Assembly (NCBI GenBank): GCA_040954595.2
Contig: CM082590.2
Location: forward strand, 6,324,001-6,388,000
Direction of reading: 5' to 3'
Origin: Balanoglossus misakiensis
Taxonomy: Eukaryota > Animalia > Hemichordata
Length of the DNA: 64,000 bases
Shown here piece by piece: positions 50,216 to 62,074 of the stretch. The notes beneath the pieces were generated by a model. It was not told the origin of the DNA. It saw nothing but the letters and a program-made list of their open reading frames with translations, and made no database searches. The translations under genes were made by a program, and so were the position numbers. Numbering within the stretch: the first letter of the stretch is position 1; each line of letters begins with the position of its first letter.

Positions 50216-52361
50216 GGGTATGTGCAATAAATGCAATAATACAATCCTAATTGCTCTTAAATGTAAAATTTACAATTATGAAATTCTCCATGTGATATTT
50301 TGTAAATAAATAATTTTTAAAAGAAAGTTTTAAAATGAGTCTTTTGTAAATCAATACTACATTTGTACTACTAAATTTAGTGACGGTTGTTGCTTGACAT
50401 GACAGCAAAGGTAGTCGGGTATTTGGTAATTATAACATTGAATGCTCATAAACTCTTGACAGAATAGTTTTCCTGGAAAGTTCTACAACAATAGGCCACA
50501 TTCGTGACCCCAGAGTGACCTTTCATCCTGGTGGTTTTTAGGTACGGCATGCATAATCCTGCGTTGTGTACCGTCACAGGTGAAGTAGGCGTTTTTTCGG
50601 GGAAACAAACAAACAAACAAATAAATATACAAACAAACAATTATACGGACGGGACCTTTGATACAAGCCACTTCTTGTGTCAGCTGCTCGATCGTGCGAA
50701 TAGGTGGCTCAATTCAAGACATCACGTCTTTATTTTTTTATTTATATATTTGTTTGTTTGTTTGTTTCCCCGAAAAGAACGCCTACTTCGCCTGTGCAAT
50801 AGTCAGCCTTTTTGTAACAAACAAAAAATCAAATGTTCCGATCACTGAAAGCCTAAGGTCAATGACTCCAGCGCTGTCCATCGTGGATCTGAAACTGAAC
50901 CTGGAGCCGAAAATGGCTACAGGAATTCCACGCATGCGTGCAAGCAAGTACTCTTGGCAGCCATTTTGTTTCTGGAGCCGGTCGAAAAATAAAGGTAAGA
51001 GTTGAAAATCTACGATTTTATGCACATTTCCCCGCACAGTCATTTATCGTTACATCACTCAAGTTTCAAGTGCATTCCAGATAAAAACTTGTCCAAACGA
51101 CAAAGTGAAACGCGTCAAGTGTCACGAGCGTTGTAACGTTTGTCCCGTGGCCTGATTTGAAGATTGAACTCGGTTCAGACTACGTGTGTAATGCCATGCG
51201 TCGCCAGGACAGTGACATTAAAGGTATACGGTCACCTATACAAATTTAGCCACAGTTACCATGGTAAATCGAGATCTAACCAATCACAGATTTTCAGTGG
51301 GTGGCACACGCGAAAATAAAGCGTTCTTTAGAACACTCAAATACGCCATTTCAACTATATATGGCGATATGTAAATTGGAGGTGACCGTATACCTTTCAA
51401 GTTAAGGTATACGGTCACCTATACAAATTTAGCTACAGTTACCATGGCAAACTGAGATCTAGCCAATCACAGATTTTCAGTGGGTGGCACAAGTGTTCTA
51501 TATGTTCTTTAGAAGTTAGAACGCTCAACTACGCTATTTCGCCATTTATAGGCATATGTACATTGGAGGTGACCGTGTACCTTTGATCAGCTAATGAGAA
51601 AAAAAAACTTGAAGGCTTCTTGGTGGCTGTAGAACACCACGAACGAGTTACATTTAGTAGTTGTCTACGTTGTTGTTGTGAAGCTTACCTGTGCCATGGG
51701 TGCTCAAACACGCCCACCACACACACACAGCAAGACAGACTCACTACTGACTTCTGTGTTCTAACCGGAGACACTTCATTGCTAGAAACACTCATCACTC
51801 GTGTCCTTGCTGAAAATTGCATAGTATATTGCCTGACAGTCTTCGCCGATGATCGTGGTGCTTGATTTTGGAGAATTTCCTAATTCAGCAGTGTTTTATC
51901 CAGCATAGCATAAACAGGGATATTCCCCCCCCCCCCCCCCCCCCCGGGCCATATGCCAGAATATTTTGGGGGGGGGGGTTGTTTCACTCTGGCAAAGGTG
52001 GGGGGGGGGAGCTGTAATATCTTCAACATATATTGGACATGTTACATCATTTTAAGGGGCATTGATCCCCCCTTGACAAATTGCTAGGGGGTGCCAACAT
52101 TATCACCACCCCCCTCTCTAGATGAAAACTGTAATGTTGGATTCTGATTTTATTTGTTTTCTCAGATCAGAATTTTTTTTTTTTTTTGGGGGGGGGGATG
52201 TTATATCTTCAACATGTGAGTTACATCATTTTAAGGGGCATTGATCCCCCCTTAACAAATTGCTAAGGGGTGCCAACATATCACCAGGGGGTGAATCCCC
52301 CCATCCTCCTCTCTAGATTGTAATGTTGGATTCTGACTTTATTTTTTTTTCTCAGATCACA

Positions 52362-54632
52362 ATGTTGCTAAGGGTATTAAACCGAACAGCTCGTCTCCAA
52401 CAAGCTGTAGTACAGCAGGCCACCAGAAACTTTGGTGCATCAGCTGTCGTCTTACAAAAGAGTCAAAGTAAAATGGACCCCATACAGAAATTGTACCTGG
52501 ATAAGCTCAGAGACTATGCAGCCAAGAGCAAGTAAGTCCATAGACCACTACACGGATAGAGTATCTGCAATGCATGATGGTATAAATTTGCGTTCAACAT
52601 AGCGTCTATTATTATACATCTAGTGCCGAGAACAATAGATTTTGGCGTGCAATAAAAAGCCGTACGGAACGGTACGTACGGAACGCGCGTTAAATAAGCC
52701 TTAGTTTCAAGGCGCCCCAAACTCACCGTGTACAGGTATGCGTTGTTATGCGGACGGTTTCAAGACACCCCCCAATCCAACACACGTAAACAAAAAAGAA
52801 AGATGGCTGCTCACTGAGTCAACTGAGCGGTTTTCGATCGATTTTATCGGCATTTTGGGCGTTTTGAAAGCCGAGTAACATGCAACACAAGAACTAACGG
52901 AGATGTAAGACGTATAATAATAAGGTTATTACGAAAATACCGCAAAGTATGCACTCGGACATTAGCGCAGCGCATCGCCCTCCGCTGCGCGTCGGGTGAT
53001 ACTCAGCGCTAATGTCCTCATGCATACTTTGCGGTATTTTCGTAATAACCTCATAGTACACATGGTACATGGCCAACGCACGCGCTCAGAACGCAAACTG
53101 TTCCACAACACCCTGCGTTATTCTATCCGCGAAGTGGTCCATTGCAATGTTATTGTATTTTGAATTGACTGGTAAGAAAGCTGGCTTCATTTTTATGCAA
53201 ATCACATGCAAATATTATGCTAATTATTATATATAAATTGGCTCCGTATCTACTATTATTTTTTCAGATCATCAAAATTTGCATTATACCTCAACTTCTA
53301 ATACTGGAAATTTTATACAGGCAAACCTGTGTTAGTGGCTACCTCTATGTTGTGGCCACTTTGTTACAGTCCCTGTGCAATTTACATGTACATTAATTGA
53401 CCTCTCTATAAAGGTCAGTTAACGAAAGTCCCTTGACTGGCCACTATAGACAGGTTTGACTGTACTTTGATTTAAATTTGACCTTACAGATCTGCTGGGG
53501 GTAAGATGGTAGACATTGATCCTAAAACCGAACAGAACATGAAAGACGAAATTGAAAAGCTTGGAAAACTTTTTGGTGGTGGTGATATGACCAAGTTTCC
53601 TGAATTTCAATTCAAAGGTATGTATGCCTTGTGAATGTGTGTATAAAGTGCCAGGTTTTTTTTTGATACCACATTGTCAAGAGATTAAAGGGACAAAGTC
53701 TCTCTCTCTCTGCCCTTTTTCCATTAATGATGTTTTATACAAGACACTGTTTATGATATTCTACATGTGGATATATAGTGAATCAACGTTCGACCACACA
53801 CACCTCCCAGGACAAAGTCTCTCTCTCGCTGCCCTTATTCTATTAATTATGTTTGATACAAGACATCGTTTGTGTTATTCTACATGTGGATATATAGTGA
53901 ATCAACGTTCGACCACACACACCTCCCAGGACAAAGTCTCTCTCTCGCTGCCCCTTATTCTATTAATTATGTTTGATACAAGACACTGTTTATAATAATA
54001 ATAATAATAATTATTATTATTATTATAAGACACTTTTTATGTTATTCTACATGTGGATATATAGTGAATCAATGTTCGACCACACACAACTTCCATCTTA
54101 CTTGTAGACACGAGAGTGAAACTACTCGCCAAAATGGATTATCGTTCTCTACCGTTTATTCATTTTGGGCGAGTTTTTACTATCTTGTCTACAAACGGGA
54201 CGGAAGTTGTGTGTGGTCGAACATTGATTCACTATATATCCACATGTAGAATAACATAAACGGTGTCTTGTTTCAAACATAATTAATGGTAAAAGGGCAG
54301 CGAGAGAGAGACTTTGTCCTGGGAGGTGTGTGTGGTTAAACGTTGATTCACTATATATCCACATATAGAATAACATAAATTGTGTCTTGTATCAAACATA
54401 ATTAATGGGAAAAGGGCAGCGAGAGAGAGAGAGACTTTAATAGAATCTCACTCTCCCAAAGACCTGGGATTCCACAAGTTGGCAATATCTCTGACGAGTG
54501 TTAAAAATCTTAACCCAGATCCTGATAATTAGCATACAAGTTTGCATAATTATGGTTTTAATTATTATTTTAATGAAACATACTTTTTCTTATCTTCCTA
54601 CAGAAATTGATTTTGATGCACCAGCCAAGTGA
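52362..54632 (+). CDS. ATP5PF: ATP synthase peripheral stalk subunit F6 (coupling factor 6)
   Basis: Exons 52362-52531, 53490-53617, 54604-54632: ..RNFGASAVV..MDPIQKLYLDKLRDYAAKSK|SAGGKMVD..GGGDMTKFPEFQFK|EIDFDAPAK*. Probable non-coding first-exon donor at 50994. Confidence 0.93.
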
Positions 54633-55201
54633 CAAGTTTATTCTCCGTGGAGTAACTTTGTGATAGTTTGATTTCGGTTTCTGTGTTTATGTAGTTGGAT
54701 GGAATCTTTGCTCTGTTATCACAGTGTGAAATTCGTGCTGTGTAATTGATCTTTTGAGTGAAAAAAAAATGAATTAAAAAGTTCTCTTTTGAAACTTGAT
54801 AAAGTTCATGTGTCCACTGTGTTGTATATTTTGTGAGAGAATTTAGTCTGTAGAGACCGATTATTCATTTTGGCAGGATTTTTACTCTCATATCCTACAA
54901 ACGGGATGGAAGTTGTGTGTGGTTGAACGTTGATTCACTATATATCCACGTATAGAATAACATTAACAGTGTCTTGTATCAAACATAATTATTTGGAAAA
55001 GGGCAGCGAGAGAGAGACTTTGTCCCTTTAAGGCATGGTGGCCACTACTCTTAAACTTTGAAAATGAAAGAAAATATTAAATTCCAAGGCTGCTAATCTT
55101 TTTTTTATTGTTGATATATCTGATAAATAATTGCCTGCAAACAAGGGTTGATTGGCCCGAGCACAGAGGAGACCATTTGCCCTCCTGTGTACGACAAAAG
55201 G

Positions 55202-55485
55202 TAGCCTGGTCACCATACCCAGTGTGTCTTAGTGTGCGAGTCTACTGTATAACACTTTATTTTTGCGAGTTAGAATTTTCGCGATATCGAGAGAGGCCAC
55301 TGTTTCGCGAGTATAAATTTTCGCGTTCTCTTATTTCATTCACTGCATCGTTATCTTAAAAAAAAATTATGCAACTTTTTATTTTCACGCTATTTTGGCT
55401 CTCGCGTATTTCGCGGAAATGTATTGCTCGCGAAAATAAAGTGTTTTTCAGTATCTAAAACACACTTGGTATGGTGACCAGGCTA
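55202..55485. mobile_element. TAG..CTA element with 9-bp TSD, carrying a nested TA-MITE
   Basis: TSD GACAAAAGG at 55193-55201 and 55486-55494; TIR TAGCCTGGTCACCATACC. Confidence 0.85.
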
Positions 55486-56254
55486 GACAAAAGGTCTCCT
55501 ACCACAAGGGTGATAAACCCATGTTTTTAGCCTCCCTGAAAGCGAACATTTTTATGTTATCCTACATAGACAAAGTATTGAAAGTCGACTGGACCTCCCT
55601 TCCCTCTATCTCCCCAACTCCTTCTATGTAGCCGTGTCCGCTTTGCTTCCCAAACCATGGACAGTAGACGGGAGTATCTCTGACGTGTGTGGGACACTAA
55701 CTTTGGAAGCAAAGCGAACAACAGAAGGCAGGGTTACCCTGAACAGAAGGCTGTTAATAAAGGTATACGGTCACCTCCAATTTACATACGCCCATATATG
55801 GCTGAAATGGCGTATTTGAGTGTTCTAAAGAACGTATGGTGGCGCTCCTTTTTTCGCGTGTGCCACCCACTGAAAATCTGTGATTGGTTAGATCTCAATT
55901 TACCATGGTAACTATAGCTAAATTTGCATAGGTGACCGTATACCTTTAATAGACAGAACCCCACGTTGGTGGCGCTAGGAAGTCGGCGCTGATGAAATGG
56001 CATCTCCCTCTGAATCTGAATCTGAATCGGATAAGAGCGCTGTTTAGAAACTTTACCGGCTCACGCGACGCACGGAATACTCTTGCCGGTTTTACAGTGT
56101 TTGTCGGCGATCGACGGTAAACTTTGTCCGTTTCCGCCCAGAAAATCCGGTTACGCTGTATCACAGATGGTCAGCGTTGTACTGTGAATGTTGTCATGGG
56201 AACGAAACTAGTTTGCATGTAGTGTTTACAAATTACATCACAGCGAAATAGACA

Positions 56255-59200
56255 ATGGCGACGAACAGCCACGATGCGGAAGAAGGGATCGAAGACTCGT
56301 CAGCTTGGCAGGGTTTCTATCAGAATTCGACGCCACCGAAGGATTATAACACGCTCGTGGAAAAAATGAAACAGTTCACTGCCAGTTTTGATAACCCTAA
56401 CCAAAAGGTGGTGCTAGTCACGGTAAGTTTAGTCCACAGTCGCTTGGGACGGATCGCCGTGTTAAAACAACTTCCAAGCGACTGTGGTTTAAATCCCGAA
56501 TTTATCAATCACTGCGATATCTTAGTAAATGAGGAATTGTCGTGTATCCTGGTTTGAGGCGTCCTAGTAACAGAGTAAGGTTATTGTGACCCATAAAGGC
56601 AATGTAACTCGGGTTTAATCTTAGTGTTTTCACACACAAGCGACGGCAAAGGTGGTGTAAATGTGGTATTGTACTTCAAGTAATGCTTGCGTGTGCCCCA
56701 CTTTGGTAGTTTCAGTTTCGTGGTGGCGTAGTTTGAATGTTTCACTTTCGTTTTGGCTGGCCGGTCAAGTAACAAAGCTCACTGTTCAAACTGTGAGACA
56801 TCCTGTTGATCGGAAGAATCTTTCTTCTTCCTGATAGATAAGCTACTGATTAGGATGTCCCAGATTTCTGTCTGCCTTATGTAAGTTTTCACTTTGTGCT
56901 AGGGGGTCAAATCACATTATAATAATTGCATTCTGGGTAACAAGTCGACAACTCACTGTAGTAAGAGACAGAAGAAATGATATGCAGATGATATGTTGAC
57001 TGTATTTCATGACTTCCTTTGGGCAAACATTTCTGTCTTTGTAGTTGACATATTAAAGTCAATTAACATTTTTCACTTTTTTTTATTTTTATCTGTTACA
57101 AAGTATCAGAATGACCGAATATCACTTGAGCTTATGAACTCCCATGTCTTAAACATGGCAAAAATCGGCCATCTTGAAATTGTGTCAACCATGTGAGATT
57201 TTTATCACTCACCTAGGTAGCATAACCCTATTTAAGTTAGGCAGTAGAGGGGGAAGGCTACAATTCAAAATCGGACTAGTGTATTAATAACCCCTGAATA
57301 TATTTTCCTTTCTTTATCTTGTCGTTGTTTCAGTCAGGTGGCACGAGTGTTCCCTTGGAGACCAAAACCGTGCGATTCCTGGACAACTTCAGTGTTGGTA
57401 CGCGAGGTGCGTCGTCTGCTGAGTATCCTTTGCCATAAATGCTTCTTTGATAGATTTGTTATATTTCCTACATTTTTGTGTTTATTTTAGCTCCATTAGC
57501 TCTAACTTTACGCCACAGATTTTAGTTTTGTGTATCTATTCCCGTACCTGACCCCTTTCCCTTTAGCGTAGCGCAGCCAGCGGTGGGAATGGGGCAGGGG
57601 ACCAGACTATGCCTGACCCCTTTTCCTTTAGCGTAGCGCAGCCAGCGGTGGGATTGGGGCAGGGGACCAGACTATGCCTGACCCCTTTCCCTTTAGCGTA
57701 GCGCAGCCAGCGGTGGGATTGGGGCAGGGGACCAGACTATATCTATGCAGTGCCTTGCCTAGATCCCTGAATCATTATAAAATGCCCAGTATCCAGCTTA
57801 TTAACACAACCTATATGTATATACTGTAAAACAGGTTATTCTTGCGACGTGAAATTTTCGCGATATCAAGAGAAGCAACTGTTACGCGAGTATTAATTTT
57901 CGCGTTCCTGTATTTCACTAACTGCATCATTATCTCCGAAAAGCATTTTACGTGACTTTTTATTTTCATGTTTTTTGGCTCTCGCGTATTTCGCAAAAAT
58001 TTATTGCTCGCAAAAATAACCCATTTTACAGTTAGTCAGCATAGTTATTGTACGAAATTTGTATTCTAGTCCAGACTAGAATTGTATTTTAATTGTAGAG
58101 AGGGAATTGTATTCCTTTAGTCGTAATTATTTTCTTAACAATAACGTCAGACATTTTTTACAATGTGGATATAGTGTTATATTTTTGCACCGACATCGTT
58201 CACTGCAACCATACGGCAGACATCTTCTCGGCACAAATTTTCTAGAATCGTTAAAATTTGATGAAGATGATAAAATTGTTGGTAAGCACACTGAGGTTAT
58301 GTTAAAGGGACAAAGTCTCTTTCTCTTGTGCCCCTTTCCCATTAATTATGTTTGAAACGAGACACCGTTTATGTTATTCTACATGTGGATATATAGTGAA
58401 TCAATGTTCAACACACACAACTTCCATCCCACTTGCAGACACGAGAGTGAAAAACTCGCCAAAATGAATAATCGGTCTCTACCATTTATTCATTTTGGCG
58501 AGTTTTTTACTCTCGTATCATACAAGCAGGATGGAAGTTGTGTGTGGTTGTACATTGATTCACTATATATCCACATGTAGAATAAGATAAATGGTGTCTT
58601 GTATCAAATATAATTCATGTAAAAAGGGGTAGCGAGAGAGAGACTTTGTCCCTTTAAATAAAACTGGGATTATAAAAAATAATGTATAGTAAACCTATCT
58701 AAACACAACCCTGTATATCCCGAACACATTTTCCAGTCCCATAGAACCACATGTTAAAGGGACATTAGCTGTAACTTTTGACTTTGTTTTCAGTATTTTT
58801 GTTCTGTGTACCGAATACAATTTCTTGTTCTACGCCAGACAGTAAGGTAATGTACCCAGTACTCTGCTTGTCAACATAGCCTGTATGTGTGTAACGGCCA
58901 TTGTTATTGTTGACAAACAAATTCTAGTCTGGACTTAAATTTAATTTGACATCTGAACTCCAATTTTATTGTATATGGCAGAAATCTGCCATCTTGAAAT
59001 TTTGTCGGCTGCATGCAATTTTTATCACCCACTTAGGGAGCATAGACCTATTTAAGGCAATGAGCATTTATCCTGTTTGTTTCTTTTCAGTTGACAAGAG
59101 AAAGTCGCCAAATCTCGGGACAGTTTTACAAAATTATCAGAGATTCAAGAAACAGCTGTGTTTAGTAGAGTTTACAACTTTATCAGACTATCTTTACCTA

Positions 59201-61339
59201 CTGCAAGCTGCTGCTCAGATTTTGCAGAATTCGGGAAAACGTGCAATGTTGTATTTGGCGGCCGCAGTGTCAGATTTCTACATTCCTTCATCATTAATGG
59301 TAAGATTTGTCTCATTTTCTGATCTGGAAAGTACCTGAAGCCCCAATAGCTGTCATTTTTTGTAGTGTTTAGCAAATTCTCCATGGTCAAGGTATGCCCT
59401 GGGGGAGGGCTGGTATGAAAATGATCCCATTTGCTACTGACTTGAGACTGTTAGGGTCCAAGGCTGACGGTTGTCTTACGTGCATGTGCGTGTGTGCAAA
59501 CTTTAGCCCAATCCAAATGTTCTGCACATGTGACAATCTCCTGGACTGAATTTCCCCTTTAACCGTAACGCTACTGGGTGTCATAGCCGGTTAGAGTCTC
59601 AAGTCTACAAAAGTACGTAAGGCACTGGTATGAGTATTGTGACGAAGTTGGTATCTTTGCTTAGTTGATCATCTTGGCCTGATCAAATTACCCAGCAGAG
59701 GCGGTTTAGTATGTACCCAGTTGTACAAATATTTGACATTACACAGTCTGATACCAATTCATTCTCTCCATGGTCAAGGTATACAGTCACCTCCAAGTTA
59801 CATACGTCCATATATGGCTGAATGGTGTATTTCAGTGTTCTAAATAACATATGGCGGTGCTCTTTTTTTGCGTGTGCCACCCACTGAAAATCTGTGATTG
59901 GCTAGATCTCAATTTGCCATGGTAACTGTAGCTATATTTGCATAGGTGACCGTATACCTTTAATTGACCTGTCTACAAAGACCACCTGTCTATAAGGCAT
60001 CCAGTTTAGGAAAATCCCTTGACTGGCCACTATAGACAGGTTTGACTGTACATTAGTTGACGTGTCTATAAAGGCAGTAAGACGGGTTAACAGAATGATT
60101 TTTTGGACTGTATTCTTCGATATCAAATGACGTCAGACGCGTTCAAGCGTAGTTACGTTGGCATTCAAATTTCCAGATGACGGGCAACTTCAGCAACGTG
60201 GTGCAGACAAAGACTGTGCAGACAAAACGCCATGAGGCTGATAAGGCATTATACATGTTACGTGTTTGGCGGTTCTAAAGTAAAAACATACTCAGAATTT
60301 TTTTTACTAGATGCTGACATATTGCTTGCCCGTCACCTGGAAATGACAGCGCCATGCGATACATGGCCAGATCACGTGATTGAAAGTAAAGAATTCCTTG
60401 AAACTAAGTTTTTCTACTGCACGTTTCAGGTGGAACATAAGATCCAGTCTTCAGCTGGTCCCCTCCAACTCACAATGCAACTCGTTCCCAAGATGCTGAA
60501 ACCCTTAGTGAAGGACTGGGCCAAGAATGCTTTCATCGTCTCCTTTAAACTCGAGACGGACGACAAGATGTTGCTGCCAAAAGCGAAGAAAGCCTTGGAT
60601 ACGTACCATCACCAAGTAAGTATATGAAGGCTGAGACTTTCTGAGACACTAGTAACAGATGCTGTGAGATTCAAAATGGCCGCCAATCTCTTTGTCAAAG
60701 GGACAAAGTCTCTCTCTTGCTGCCCTTTTTCCATTAATTATATTTGATACAATACAATTTATGTTATTCTACATGTGGATATATAGTGAATCAACATTCA
60801 ACCACACACAACTTCCATCCATCTTGTAGAGATTTTTACTCTCATATCCTCCAAACGAGACGGACGTTTAGTGTTGTCGAACATTGATTCACTGTATATC
60901 CACATGTAGAATAACATAAACGGTGTCTTGTATCGAACATAATTAATGGAAAAAGGGCAGCGAGAGAGAGACTTTGTCCTGGGAGGTGTGTGTGGTCGAA
61001 CGTTGATTCACTATATATCCACATGTAGAATAACATAAACGGTGTCTTGTTTCAAACATAATAAATGGAAAAAAGGCAGCGAGAGAGAGAGACTTTGTCC
61101 CTTTGAGAATGGCCATATAAATTATTTGTGACTCATCATTTTATGATGCTTCTCTCTTGCAGGTGGTGATCGGCAATCTGCTTGAAACTAGAAAAGAACG
61201 GGTTGTCATGGTTACCAAAGAAAGCGAAGACATCATTGCTGTAAGCAAGGAGGAGATCGGTCTGCACACGGAGATTGAAGAGAAGATTGTGAAGGACTTG
61301 AAAGAGAGACATGAACGATTTATTACCTCTCAGCATTAA
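56255..61339 (+). CDS. PPCS: Phosphopantothenate--cysteine ligase, 6 coding exons
   Basis: Exons 56255-56422, 57334-57422, 58151-58281, 59091-59299, 60430-60615, 61163-61339. VVLVT|[56 protein letters not shown]. Confidence 0.95.
57423..58150 (+). other. U12-type (minor spliceosome) GT-AG intron in PPCS
   Basis: 5' site GTATCCTTT; branch-like TTTTCTTAAC at 58130-58139, followed by AATAACGTCAG with no pyrimidine tract; splicing restores GA|A = Glu in frame. Confidence 0.88.
57547..57740. repeat. 3 x 65-bp tandem repeat inside the U12 intron
   Basis: CCTGACCCCTTTCCCTTTAGCGTAGCGCAGCCAGCGGTGGGA...GGACCAGACTAT. Confidence 0.92.
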
Positions 61340-61525
61340 AGGTATACGGTCACCTATGGAAATTTAGCTACAGTTACCATGGTAAACTTGAGATCTAGCC
61401 AATCACGGATTTTCAGTGGGTGGCACACGCGAAAAAAAGAGGGCCACCATATGTTCTTTAGAACACTCAAATACGCCATTTCAGCCATATATGGGTGGAT
61501 GTAAATTAGGGGTGACTGTATACCT
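61340..61525. mobile_element. MITE family B (Kolobok-like), inserted at the PPCS stop codon
   Basis: TTAA|AGGTATACGGTCACC...GGTGACTGTATACCT|TTAA. Other copies at about 49550-49690, 51221-51396, 51405-51583, 55761-55945, 59777-59959. Confidence 0.88.
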
Positions 61526-62074
61526 TTAACCCCTGCAACCACCCACATTTTTATTCAGGCCTATTGTTTTTGATGTTAGGGTTATACCAATATATTAGAA
61601 ATAGGGGTGTTATACTTTATATTTTATTATTCAAGTCAATAAAATATGTTAACCTCACGTGTACGTACAGTATCTTTTTGTCTTTGTTGATGTATGCATT
61701 AGCGCAATTGCTTTGTAAGTAAAACAATTGTACTATAAAAAAGTAATACCAATCATAGAACGGGAAAATGACATCAATTATAAATACCTCCGTTGCATGA
61801 TATAATCTCCTAAATGTTTTTACAGCTTCTATTATCGTCAGTCTTAAATATACCGTCACCACGGTTACCAGGGAAGAAGGTAGAAGGTAGGAGACAATTT
61901 AAGAACGTGAAAAATGACAAAAATTGACAAAATCACAAAAATTCTCAAAGTCGGATATTTGTCGTTTTTGACAATTTTCATGAGATAAATGTTCATGAAA
62001 AATGTCAAAAAATGACAATATCACCAAATTTTTCGACTTTGCGAAATCTCTGAATTTCGTCGAAGTTTGAAAAA

